Assembly (NCBI GenBank): GCA_964016885.1
Contig: OZ024742.1
Coordinates: 371,442,001-371,506,000, forward strand
Length of the DNA: 64,000 nt
DNA from: Eledone cirrhosa
Lineage: Eukaryota
Direction of reading: 5' to 3'
Part shown: positions 43,724 to 55,533 of the stretch, one piece after another
Layout: the number at the start of each line of letters is the position of its first letter
Numbering within the stretch: position 1 is the first letter of the stretch
Notes under the pieces: generated by a model
The model's input: the letters and a program-made list of their open reading frames with translations, nothing else
Told to the model about the DNA's origin: nothing
The model's database searches: none
Position numbers and translations under genes: made by a program

Positions 43724-46700
43724 TGTTGTATGTGGTCCTAGATGTATGTACTACCTGCTTGTGTGTTGTATGTAGTCCTAGATGTATGTATTACCTGCTT
43801 GTGTGTTGTATGTGGTCCTAGATGTATGTATTACCTGCTTGTGTGTTGTATGTGGTCCTAGATATATGTATTACTTGATTGTGTGTTGTATGTGGTCCTA
43901 GATGTATGTATTACCTGCTTGTGTGTTGTATGTGGTCCTAGATGTATGTATTACATGCTTGTGTGTTGTATGTGGTCCTAGATGTATTTATTACTTGATT
44001 GTGTGTTGTATGTGGTCCTAGATGTATGTATTACCTGCTTGTGTGTTGTATGTAGTCCTAGATGTATGTATTACCTGCTTGTGTGTTGTATGTGGTCCTA
44101 GATGTATGTATTACCTGCTTGTGTGTTGTATGTGGTCCTAGATATATGTATTACTTGATTGTGTGTTGTATGTGGTCCTAGATGTATGTATTACCTGCTT
44201 GTGTGTTGTATGTGGTCCTAGATGTATGTATTACCTGCTTGTGTGTTGTATGTGGTCCTAGATGTATTTATTACTTGATTGTGTGTTGTATGTGGTCCTA
44301 GATGTATGTATTACCTGCTTGTGTGTTGTATGTAGTCCTAGATGTATGTATTACCTGCTTGTGTGTTGTATGTGGTCCTAGATGTATGTATTACCTGCTT
44401 GTGTGTTGTATGTGGTCCTAGATATATGTATTACTTGATTGTGTGTTGTATGTGGTCCTAGATGTATGTATTACCTGCTTGTGTGTTGTATGTGGTCCTA
44501 GATGTATGTATTACATGCTTGTGTGTTGTATGTAGTCCTAGATGTATGTATTACCTGCTTGTGTGTTGTATGTAGTCCTAGATGTATGTATTACCTGCTT
44601 GTGTGTTGTATGTGGTCCTAGATGTATGTATTACCTGCTTGTGTCTTGTATGTAGTCCTAGATGTATGTATTACCTGCTTGTGTGTTGTATGTGGTCCTA
44701 GATGTATGTATTACCTGCTTGTGTGTTGTATGTGGTCCTAGATATATGTATTACTTGATTGTGTGTTGTATGTGGTCCTAGATGTATGTATTACCTGCTT
44801 GTGTGTTGTATGTGGTCCTAGATGTATGTATTACCTGCTTGTGTGTTGTATGTGGTCCTAGATGTATGTATTACCTGCTTGTGTGTTGTATGTGGTCCTA
44901 GATGTATGTATTACCTGCTTGTGTGTTGTATGTGGTCCTAGATGTATGTATTACCTGCTTGTGTCTTGTATGTAGTCCTAGATGTATGTATTACCTGCTT
45001 GTGTGTTGTATGTGGTCCTAGATGTATGTATTACCTGCTTGTGTGTTGTATGTAGTCCTAGATGTATGTATTACCTGCTTGTGTGTTGTATGTGGTCCTA
45101 GATGTATGTATCACCTGCTTGTGTGTTGTATGTGGTCCTAGATGTATGTATTACCTGCTTGTGTGTTGTATGTGGTCCTAGATGTATGTATTACCTGCTT
45201 GTGTGTTGTATGTGGTCCTAGATGTATGTATTACCTGCTTGTGTGTTGTATGTAGTCCTAGATGTATGTATTACCTGCTTGTGTGTTGTATGTGGTCCTA
45301 GATGTATGTATTACCTGCTTGTGTGTTGTATGTGGTCCTAGATGTATGTATTACTTGATTGTGTGTTGTATGTGGTCCTAGATGTATGTATTACCTGCTT
45401 GTGTGTTGTATGTGGTCCTAGATGTATGTATTACCTGCTTGTGTGTTGTATGTAGTCCTAGATGTATGTATTACCTGCTTGTGTGTTGTATGTAGTCCTA
45501 GATGTATGTATTACCTGCTTGTGTGTTGTATGTGGTCCTAGATGTATTTATTACTTGATTGTGTGTTGTATGTGGTCCTAGATGTATGTATTACCTGCTT
45601 GTGTGTTGTATGTGGTCCTAGATGTATGTATTACCTGCTTGTGTGTTGTATGTGGTCCTAGATGTATGTATTACCTGCTTGTGTGTTGTATGTGGTCCTA
45701 GATGTATGTATTACCTGCTTGTGTGTTGTATGTGGTCCTAGATGTATGTATTACCTGCTTGTGTGTTGTATGTAGTCCTAGATGTATGTATTACCTGCTT
45801 GTGTGTTGTATGTGGTCCTAGATGTATGTATTACCTGCTTGTGTGTTGTATGTGGTCCTAGATGTATGTATTACCTGCTTGTGTGTTGTATGTGGTCCTA
45901 GATGTATGTATTACCTGCTTGTGTGTTGTATGTAGTCCTAGATGTATGTATTACTTGATTGTGTGTTGTATGTGGTCCTAGATGTATGTATTACCTGCTT
46001 GTGTGTTGTATGTGGTCCTAGATGTATGTATTACCTGCTTGTGTGTTGTATGTGGTCCTAGATGTATGTATTACCTGCTTGTGTGTTGTATGTAGTCCTA
46101 GATGTATGTATTACTTGATTGTGTGTTGTATGTGGTCCTAGATGTATGTATTACCTGCTTGTGTGTTGTATGTGGTCCTAGATGTATGTATTACCTGCTT
46201 GTGTGTTGTATGTGGTCCTAGATGTATGTATTACCTGCTTGTGTGTTGTATGTGGTCCTAGATGTATGTATTACCTGCTTGTGTGTTGTATGTAGTCCTA
46301 GATGTATGTATTACTTGATTGTGTGTTGTATGTGGTCCTAGATGTATGTATTACCTGCTTGTGTTGTATGTGGTCCTAGATGTATGTATTACCTGCTTGT
46401 GTGTTGTATGTGGTCCTAGATGTATGTATTACCTGCTTGTGTGTTGTATGTGGTCCTAGATGTATGTATTACCTGCTTGTGTGTTGTATGTAGTCCTAGA
46501 TGTATGTATTACTTGATTGTGTGTTGTATGTGGTCCTAGATGTATGTATTACCTGCTTGTGTGTTGTATGTGGTCCTAGATGTATGTATTACCTGCTTGT
46601 GTGTTGTATGTGGTCCTAGATGTATGTATTACCTGCTTGTGTGTTGTATGTAGTCCTAGATGTATGTATTACTTGATTGTGTGTTGTATGTGGTCCTAGA

Positions 46701-47895
46701 TGTATGTATTACCTGCTTGTGTGTTGTATGTGGTCCTAGATGTATGTATTACCTGCTTGTGTGTTGTATGTGGTCCTGGATGTATGTATTACCTGCTTGT
46801 GTGTTGTATGTGGTCCTAGATGTATGTATTACCTGCTTGTGTGTTGTATGTAGTCCTAGATGTATGTATTACTTGATTGTGTGTTGTATGTGGTCCTAGA
46901 TGTATGTATTACCTGCTTGTGTGTTGTATGTGGTCCTAGATGTATGTATTACCTGCTTGTGTGTTGTATGTGGTCCTAGATGTATGTATTACCTGCTTGT
47001 GTGTTGTATGTAGTCCTAGATGTATGTATTACTTGATTGTGTGTTGTATGTGGTCCTAGATGTATGTATTACCTGCTTGTGTGTTGTATGTGGTCCTAGA
47101 TGTATGTATTACCTGCTTGTGTGTTGTATGTAGTCCTAGATGTATGTATTACTTGATTGTGTGTTGTATGTGGTCCTAGATGTATGTATTACCTGCTTGT
47201 GTGTTGTATGTGGTCCTAGATGTATGTATTACCTGCTTGTGTGTTGTATGTGGTCCTAGATGTATGTATTACTTGATTGTGTGTTGTATGTGGTCCTAGA
47301 TGTATGTATTACCTGCTTGTGTGTTGTATGTAGTCCTAGATGTATGTATTACTTGATTGTGTGTTGTATGTGGTCCTAGATGTATGTATTACCTGCTTGT
47401 GTGTTGTATGTGGTCCTAGATGTATGTATTACCTGCTTGTGTGTTGTATGTGGTCCTAGATGTATGTATTACCTGCTTGTGTGTTGTATGTAGTCCTAGA
47501 TGTATGTATTACTTGATTGTGTGTTGTATGTGGTCCTAGATGTATGTATTACCTGCTTGTGTGTTGTATGTGGTCCTAGATGTATGTATTACCTGCTTGT
47601 GTGTTGTATGTGGTCCTAGATGTATGTATTACCTGCTTGTGTGTTGTATGTAGTCCTAGATGTATGTATTACTTGATTGTGTGTTGTATGTGGTCCTAGA
47701 TGTATGTATTACCTGCTTGTGTGTTGTATGTGGTCCTAGATGTATGTATTACCTGCTTGTGTGTTGTATGTAGTCCTAGATGTATGTATTACCTGCTTGT
47801 GTGTTGTATGTGGTCCTAGATGTATGTATTACCTGCTTGTGTTGTATGTGGTCCTAGATGTATGTATTACCTGCTTGTGTGTTGTATGTGGTCCA
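43724..47895. repeat. 40-bp minisatellite, ~104 copies, intronic
   Basis: Unit gtgtgttgtatgtggtcctagatgtatgtattacctgctt with recurrent variants (tagtcc; ttgatt); no unique spacers. Confidence 0.97.
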
Positions 47896-48021
47896 GACGT
47901 GTGTATACCTTCTTTGTATATAGTATGTGTTTGTGTTTTCGTTCTGTAACCATTATATTATTATATTTTTTATACAATTTGGCTACTATTTCTAGTAGTG
48001 CGCGCGGCCACCTAAAATAAT

Positions 48022-48198
48022 TGTTTCTATTTTTGGCACAAGGCCAGCAATTACCTCAGTGCATTACTGGTATTTTATTTTATCGATTCCGTAAGGATTA
48101 AAGGCAAAGTTAACCTCGGCGGAATTTTAACTCAGAACGTAAAGGGCCATAACCCTATGCTGCAAAGCATGGTGTCTGACACTCTACCGATACTGCCA
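48022..48198 (-). mobile_element. tRNA-derived SINE with 16-bp TSD
   Basis: TSD ggccacctaaaataat at 48006-48021 and 48199-48214. Confidence 0.9.
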
Positions 48199-48288
48199 GG
48201 CCACCTAAAATAATAAATGTGAACTTCTATGCATGTGTTCGTATGGCTTCGGCAATGTATTTATAGCGAAGAACTAGCGGTGTATTGA

Positions 48289-48588
48289 TGTAACAAGGAG
48301 ACGTCGTTTGTGTGCATAATATTTAATCAACAATTTAACGGTATAGTTGACATGTCAATGAATAAACGAAAGAATGAAGCAAAGTTAGTAGTTACCGTTT
48401 TGATTGCCAGGCAAACGCGAGACGCCTGGCGAAGGCCAGGCGCCGGAAGGGCAAATGAGAGGCAGAGAACTTAAAGTTGTTAGTTTTATAGGGTTCTGAC
48501 CGGAAGTTACAGAAAGGGTTCTACTTCCCGTCTAGATGTTGTTAGTCTATTGGGGTTGTGAGTCACAACAAGGGAGGCCACTGCTACA
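48289..48588 (-). mobile_element. Probable solo LTR (300 bp)
   Basis: TGTAACA...TGCTACA inverted ends; flanks tattga/tattgt; TATAAAA then ATTAAA in order on the minus strand. Confidence 0.6.
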
Positions 48589-50000
48589 TATTGTATATAA
48601 ATATGAAAATAAATATACTGCAAAAATTTAAGAAAATTATAGTTTTCGTGAAGTGAATGGCAGTGTTCATTCCGACTGTTCTCTCTCTCTGTTCAAATCC
48701 CACCAAAGTCAACTTTGCCTTTCATCGGTGAAAAATAAATAAACCAGTCTTTAGAAGAAATGGTCAACTAGTATGGAAGGATAGCTAGTCAACGTCCGAC
48801 TGGAATATCTTCTATTTTTTGTATGTTATGACTCCATTGAATTTACTTGAAGTTATTGGTAGTGTATGCACTGGTATCAGAGTAAAAACAACAGAGCTTA
48901 TCAACATAACAAATGTTTTATTGATGGAGTGGTGTGTGCATAAATGTTAGTTCATACCTGGAGTTATATGTTAGCAAACAGCAGTAAGAAAAGGATCGGA
49001 ATGCATGTCCATCTCTAGGCCCTTTGATGGGGGTCCCTAGGAAGCTGTTATCAGTTCGGAGGCTGCAGTCCAACTGTCTCTTAGCTAGGCAATGCTTTAA
49101 CTTGACGACATAACAAGGGAGGCGATTCTCACTACAAGTCCAATACTGTGGTCGATTCTTCCTGGGTCTTACTTTCTACTCTCTCTCCCCCTCTCTCTCT
49201 GTTTCTCTGTCACACTCTCTCCCCCTCCCACTCTCGTTGCCCCTGTCTATCCCCCTCCCTGTCTCCCTTGTTTCTCTCTCACTCTCTCCCACCTCTCACT
49301 CTCACCCCTCCCACTCTCTCTCTCCCCTGTTTCTCACCCACTCACGCTCTCTCTCTCACCATATACATACTCTTACCATATCTTCCAATATGACCGCCAT
49401 TTTACACATAAACAACAATGTCACTACAATAGAACTTAGAAAAACCAACCCAGCTAACGAACCCGTTTCTGTTCCTTGTTGAAGCCATCTCATTTTACAT
49501 ATATTACTGATGGACGTGGGAATGGTATAAATGTCACAGCATCCCACTACATGACAATATCTTGGTCAGCCTATGAAGGAGTAATGCTAGAGCTGTAAAA
49601 TCTTGCATGCATTAATTTCAACTCTTATTAATAACTGCATTGTTTCTTCTTGGGGACTTTGTTGAAAAATAAACCTCATTTGGTCATTCCATGAGAGTAT
49701 CTTGGTCAGCCTATGAACTTTTCAGCTGACCCTCATATGTTTCGACCCAGGATTGATTTCTAATACAAACACAAAGCCAGTTAATTTGGTGGGAGAGCAA
49801 AGTTGATTATATCAACCCAATACTTGATTGGTACTTTATTGACCCTGGAAGAATGAAAATCAAAGTTGACCTCAGCAGGATGTCAATTCAGAATGTAAAG
49901 AACCATAATATACACCAGAATGGACAACATTTTAATGACTCAGCTAAAAACTATTGTCATGGGTAGTCATTAATTTATTTGTTTTCTTTCTATTTTCCAG

Positions 50001-50169
50001 CTGAATGTGGTGTTGCAACAACTCATATGATAGTTGGAGGAATCCCGTCAAAGGAAGGTAAATGGCCGTGGATGGTATCGTTACGTCTTACATGGGCCAA
50101 GCGGCATGTATGTGGAGGAACTTTGATTCATCCACGTTGGGTAATAACTGCAGCACATTGTGTTTTTGG
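50001..50169 (+). CDS. Serine protease (S1) exon: activation site and catalytic His
   Basis: Acceptor tttctattttccag; ECG...M|IVGG...WPWMVSL...[16 protein letters not shown]; donor GG|GTAAGA; phase 1 in, phase 2 out. Confidence 0.95.
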
Positions 50170-50263
50170 GTAAGAAATTATTATATTTCTTTTCTAAAGA
50201 ATATCCCATTGCCTTCAAACTGTTGAAGAAGAAAAAATAGAAAAGTACTATCAGGTTCTTTAA

Positions 50264-51006
50264 CTTTTACAATCCTGTACCACATGAACAAACACATTAT
50301 TGAAAATTACAAAACAGTACTATGACTGCATCACATTCAGTTATCAGAAGAAAGAAGATAGATGTAAAATCAAAACTCGCTATCTTCAATTCGGTATTTG
50401 TGCCAACTCTTACCTCTGGTCATGAATGTTGGGTAATGACCGAAAGAATATGATTGCGAATACAAGCGGCTGAAATGGGTTCCTCCAAACGGTCTTTGGA
50501 GTGACGTTACTAGACAGAGTGCGTAATTCGGAGATAAGAGGAGTTGCTCCAGGTAGAGCCGCTACTTCTCCGAATTGAGAGATCACAGCTCGAATACTAT
50601 GGGCATGTGGTTAGAATGTCTCAAGAAAGAATCACTGGACAGATTTTATAAGCAAAACCAACCAGCAGGAGACCCAGGGGTAAACCTCGGGCAAGATGGT
50701 TAAATAACATCCATGAGCTTGGTTGGTCTTGCTTGGGGATCTAGCTGGATCAGTTAGAGACAGTTTCTTCTGACAGGACCTGTTGGAAGGAGTGTTTGAG
50801 GACTCTGCTCCCATGACCCTCTCAGGAATAAATCGGCGAAGAAGAAGGTTGTATTTCATTAAAAATTAAAATGTCATTAAAAAGTCCTTACTCTAATGTA
50901 ACAAATTTTCTCAATGATCTGTCTACTGGTAATGATACTACAAACATTTCAGTTAACGTACCCATTATCAGATATTTTCTCCTCAACCATTACAGTGTGT
51001 TAAGAG
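50264..51006. mobile_element. TTAA-flanked MITE interrupted by an RTE fragment
   Basis: Left end matches 1504-1590; right end gtgttaagag|ttaa. Confidence 0.55.
50365..50850 (+). mobile_element. RTE-clade LINE 3' fragment
   Basis: KLAIFNSVFVPTLTSGHECWVMTE...IQAAEMG...IERSQLEYYGHVVRM; GAA-repeat end. Confidence 0.8.
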
Positions 51007-51014
51007 TTAATAGT

Positions 51015-51885
51015 TTAACTGTTTGATGGTGCAGCCACACTTAGAATTTGCATCCCCAGTCTGGAACCCCTATCTTGCTCAGAACATTAACCTCCTGGAA
51101 ACTGTTCAGAGACTTGCAACCAAGCAAATACCCTCCATCAGGCATCTACCATACTCTGAACACCTTGCTTCTCTGGGCATGGATACATTGAAGCTCTGAT
51201 GTCTGGCAACTGACTTGGTAAACACCCACAATATTATTAACCATCTTGCCAACAACAACCCTGAGTACCTTTTTGATTTCTATGTGTCTAGCACACGTGG
51301 GCATGCCAACAAAGTCAGAAAACAGCACAGTTCCCATGACTTTCGTAAACATTTTTTCATGCTCAGAGTTGCCAAAGCATGGAACAAACTACCTGCATCA
51401 GTTGTTAGCTACCCAAATACTGCATCCTTTTAAACCTCCATGGAACAAACTACCTGCATCAGTTGTTAGCTGTCAAGACACTGCTTTCTTTAAAACCTCC
51501 ATGCTTCCTGAAATTCGCCAACACTAAACCTTATATCCCCCCCGCCATACACATGCACACATGTATTTCATGACTCATACGTTCATTTTCCTGACATTTG
51601 AACATTATTCTATGGGCGGTGGATTGGCAGTATCGGTAGAGGGTCGGACGCCATGCTTTGACAAATTGAGTTACGACCCTTGCCATTCTGAGTTCAAATC
51701 CCGCCGAGGTTAACTTTGCCTTTCATCCTTACGGGGTCGATAAAATAAAATACCAGTAATACACTGGGTAATTGCTGGCCTTGTGCCAAAAGTAGAAACA
51801 ATTATTCTATGTACTTTACATGCACCTTTGATGAGTTGTAGTGCATCTGAGCACTGTACACAATAATTTCATTATCATTATCATA
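51015..51885 (+). mobile_element. CR1-clade LINE 3' fragment
   Basis: PHLEFASPVWNPY...LETVQRLATK...TRGHANK...FFMLRVAKAWNKLP; internal ~60-bp duplication; interrupted by a SINE. Confidence 0.85.
51615..51800 (+). mobile_element. tRNA-derived SINE nested in CR1, 11-bp TSD
   Basis: TSD attattctatg at 51604-51614 and 51801-51811; the empty site is seen in the CR1 copy near 6915. Confidence 0.9.
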
Positions 51886-52080
51886 AAGTGAATTGTAGTG
51901 TTGTTATGTCTGATAGAATAGTTTGCTGTATTTGTCTCGGCTTTCTACACTATCAGTTATGTAAATCTCACCAAAGGCAACTTTGTTTTTCACCCTTTCA
52001 AAGTTAAAAGTAAAGTGTCAGTCCAGTAGGGTGGGAGTCAATCCCCCCCCTCTCTCTCTCTATGTGTATGTATGAATATA

Positions 52081-52111
<31 letters not shown>

Positions 52112-52413
52112 CATCATCATCATCATCACCGTTTTACGTCCGTTCTTCCACGCTAGCATGGGTTAGACGGGTTGTCCTGTTGTGGGCAGTGTCTGGTCGG
52201 CTGACCATGCCTTGCTCATACAGGAACTGATCTGGCTTGATTTCTACAGCTGGATGCCCTTCCTAACACCAACCTCATTTACAGTGAGTGCTGGGTGCTT
52301 TTTCGTGGCGCCTACACGTCCACTTTACAGTGTGGGCTGGGTGCTTTTTTGCCGTGGCACCTCCACGGCCACCTTGCGGTGGAGGGGGGGGGGGGGCATA
52401 TTGTTTATATGCT

Positions 52414-55400
52414 TCAGCATGTACCCATGGGAGGTCGGGTACCCTGTATTACTGCGTGACGCCAGAAGTCACGGTCGTGTGTCATTGTCTTTGAGAGGTG
52501 TAGTTGGGTAAGGTCGGCTTTTATCACCTCATCCCAAGTCATCTTGGGTCTCCCCACTCCGCGGTTTCCATCAACTTCTAGTGCTCTGCACCTTTTTATG
52601 CAGCTGTCATCCTTCATACGCATCACATGTCCATACCAGCGTAACCGCCTCTCCTGCACGCAGCATTTGATTCCTCTTATGCTCAGTCTCTCTCTCAATT
52701 CCTTTATGCTTTGTCGTTCACGTATATTACTGTTACACATCCATCGGAGCATGCAGGCTTCGTTTCTCTCTAATCTACGTAAGTCTTCCACCTTCAGCGC
52801 CCAGGTCTCACTACCATGCAACATCGCTGTTCGGATACACGCATCATACAGTCTGCCTTTCATTCTGAGGGAGAAGCCTTTTGCAGCTAGCAGTGGTAGT
52901 AGTTCCCTAAACTTCTTCCATCCCGTTCTTACCCTAGTTATTGTACTTTCTGAGCACCCACCTCCGTTGCTAATTCGGTCACCTAGGTAGCAGAAGCTGT
53001 CTACTGTTTCTACAGGGCCCTCCCAGAGATTGGTGGTACTTGTTTCCTGTGGCTGTTTGCTTGCTGTTTCAGCACAGCTGCTGCATGTGAATCCTACATT
53101 CTTAATTAAGCTTCCTGAGATCCCGCTACATCTCTTGTGTACCCATTGTTTGCATTTGGGGCAGAGAATGGAGTTTCTACCTACACCTTTCCTACATACT
53201 GAGCAAGGCCATTTCCCTGAGGGGATCTGGGTTCTGTTTTCTCGTCTACTTACAAGGACCTTAGTCTTTGTCATGTTGACTTTGAGGCCCTTTCTCTCTA
53301 GTCCCTGCTTCCAGGTTTGGAATTTATTCTCTAGTTCTACCATAGATTCAGCTATGAGTGCGAGGTCATCAGCATACAGGAGTTCCCATGGGCATCCGGT
53401 CTTAAACTCCTCCGTTATTGCCTGCAGGACTATGATGAACAGGAGAGGGCTAAGAACAGAGCCCTGGTGGACCCCAACCTGTACGCTAAATTCCTCGCTA
53501 TACTCATTGCCAATCCTAACTTTGCTGACTGCTCCCCTATACATGGCTTGTACCGCTTTCACAAGCCATTCATCTACTCCTAGTTTTCTAAGAGCCCACC
53601 AGATTACTGCACGTGGAACTCTGTCAAAGGCTTTCTCAAGGTCGACAAATGCCAAGTAGAGTGGCTTACTTTTAGCTAGGTACTTTTCCTGTAATTGCCT
53701 CACAAGGAAGAGGACATCAGTGGTGCCTTTCCCTGGTACAAACCCAAATTGCATCTCGTCTATATTCACCCGGTCCCTAATCAGCTGTGCTATAACTCTT
53801 TCTGTTACTTTCATGACCTGGTCCATCAACTTTATACCTCTATAGTTTCCTCTATCTAGTGCATCGCCTTTACCTTTGTAGCAGTTGACAATGATGCTAC
53901 TGCACCAATCTTTTGGTATGGCCCCCTCTAGTATTACCTGGTTAACGATACGTGTGGTTATAGTGTGACCTACAGACCCAGATGCCTTCAGCATCTCGGC
54001 AGCTATACCCGATGGACCGGTTGCCTTCCCTATCTTCATATCTCTGATTGCCTTACTTACTACGCTGCCGCTGACTTGTACTGCTGGTCCCTCTATAGGG
54101 TCTACGTGGGGTAGGGTCTCTTCTTCCCATGCATTCTCCTCATTTAGTAATCTATCATAATGACTCTTCCATGCATCTTTCTTCTCAGCACTTGTGAGGG
54201 CAAGCTCACCTTTATCATTCCGGATACACTTCTCTCCAATGACATCACAACTATCTCTGACACACTGCCTCGCAATCTTGAATACCTCCTGTTTCTGGTC
54301 CTCACGTTGTAAAACATGCTTGAATTTTCTATCCTCTGCTTCCCTCCTAGCTAAGTATACTTGTCGCCTAGCTTCCCTCTTGGTCTCTATGTAATGTACC
54401 CTGCTCCCCCCGTTCTTCCATTCTTTCCATGCCTGTCTCTTGGCCTTGACTGCTTCATCTACCTTATTGTTCCACCACCAAGTCACTCTCCTCCTGCTTG
54501 AGGTCTTACTCCAGCCACAAACCTCATCCGTCGCCTCTAGTAAGTTATTTTTTAGGAACTCCCAGTTCTCTTCTACGTTAAATGTCTCTATCTGTTCTTC
54601 TTTACTGTCGTAGGCGTTGAGTAAAATATCTTTAAATCTGTTACTGGATGAGGGGACTTTCAGCTTCCAGATCTTTCTTCTCCAGGTTGGCCTCTGTTTC
54701 AGGGCTCGTCTAGTTCTGACCGTGAGGTCGCTGACAACTAAGCTATGTTGGGATGTACATTCCTCACTAGGGAAGGCTTTTGTGTTTACGACCGTCCATC
54801 TGTCACGTCCTCTGATGAGGATAAAATCTAACTGACTAGAGTGCTCCCCTGATCTATAGGTGATCAGGTGGTTGTCGGGTTTTTTAAAGTTTGTGTTACA
54901 TATCGACATGTCATTGGCGTCGCAGAATTCTAGAAGTCTGAATCCTTCCTCATTCCTTGTGCCAACTCCATGGCCTCCATGTACTCTATTGAAGCCGTCG
55001 CAGTGTTTACCTACGTGTCCGTTAAAATCTCCTGCAATGATTAGGAAGTCCTTGTCGTCTGTTAGAGCAGTAGTGTGTATTAGGGACTCGTAAAACCTAT
55101 CCTTAAGTTCGTCTGGCAGCCCCGATTGGGGTGCGTAAGCTGATATTATTGTGGTAATTGTCTTATTCAGGACTAGTCTAAGTTTAATGATTCTTGCATT
55201 TACCCTGTACACTGAGATTACTTTATCTACCCACTTGTCAGCTAATAGTATACCTACACCACCCATCCCATCGTCATTTCCCACCCAGAAAAATTTGTAG
55301 CACTGGCTTTTTCCTACAAGGACTCTAGCAGACCCTCCTCTCCATCTAGTCTCTTGCACACAGCATACATCAACTTCCTTTCGCTCTAGCATTTCTACGA

Positions 55401-55533
55401 TTTCTCCTGCTCTTCCTTTCATTGAGCCTACATTGATGGTACCAACTCGGAGTTTTGGGCATTTGTCGACACTCGTAGGGGAGGGTCTCTGGGTTGGCGC
55501 TTCACGTGGGTGCTTGGTAGGTCGCAGATTCAT
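52414..55533 (-). CDS. RTE ORF: AP endonuclease + reverse transcriptase, 1039 aa
   Basis: APE motifs GTINV, VQETRW, AYAPQ, GDFNGH, LDFI, SQH; RT motifs QFGF, FVDLEKAFDRV, QGSVLSPLLF, YADD; no stops or frameshifts. Confidence 0.96.
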   Translation of the reverse strand: MNLRPTKHPREAPTQRPSPTSVDKCPKLRVGTINVGSMKGRAGEIVEMLERKEVDVCCVQETRWRGGSARVLVGKSQCYKFFWVGNDDGMGGVGILLADKWVDKVISVYRVNARIIKLRLVLNKTITTIISAYAPQSGLPDELKDRFYESLIHTTALTDDKDFLIIAGDFNGHVGKHCDGFNRVHGGHGVGTRNEEGFRLLEFCDANDMSICNTNFKKPDNHLITYRSGEHSSQLDFILIRGRDRWTVVNTKAFPSEECTSQHSLVVSDLTVRTRRALKQRPTWRRKIWKLKVPSSSNRFKDILLNAYDSKEEQIETFNVEENWEFLKNNLLEATDEVCGWSKTSSRRRVTWWWNNKVDEAVKAKRQAWKEWKNGGSRVHYIETKREARRQVYLARREAEDRKFKHVLQREDQKQEVFKIARQCVRDSCDVIGEKCIRNDKGELALTSAEKKDAWKSHYDRLLNEENAWEEETLPHVDPIEGPAVQVSGSVVSKAIRDMKIGKATGPSGIAAEMLKASGSVGHTITTRIVNQVILEGAIPKDWCSSIIVNCYKGKGDALDRGNYRGIKLMDQVMKVTERVIAQLIRDRVNIDEMQFGFVPGKGTTDVLFLVRQLQEKYLAKSKPLYLAFVDLEKAFDRVPRAVIWWALRKLGVDEWLVKAVQAMYRGAVSKVRIGNEYSEEFSVQVGVHQGSVLSPLLFIIVLQAITEEFKTGCPWELLYADDLALIAESMVELENKFQTWKQGLERKGLKVNMTKTKVLVSRRENRTQIPSGKWPCSVCRKGVGRNSILCPKCKQWVHKRCSGISGSLIKNVGFTCSSCAETASKQPQETSTTNLWEGPVETVDSFCYLGDRISNGGGCSESTITRVRTGWKKFRELLPLLAAKGFSLRMKGRLYDACIRTAMLHGSETWALKVEDLRRLERNEACMLRWMCNSNIRERQSIKELRERLSIRGIKCCVQERRLRWYGHVMRMKDDSCIKRCRALEVDGNRGVGRPKMTWDEVIKADLTQLHLSKTMTHDRDFWRHAVIQGTRPPMGTC

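Noticed and set aside
43724-47895. CRISPR-like array
   Set aside because: Head-to-tail 40-mers without unique spacers, no cas genes, eukaryotic intron context.
52544-55093. Plus-strand ORFs of 66-209 aa
   Set aside because: Antisense shadows of the RTE ORF with no recognisable domains.
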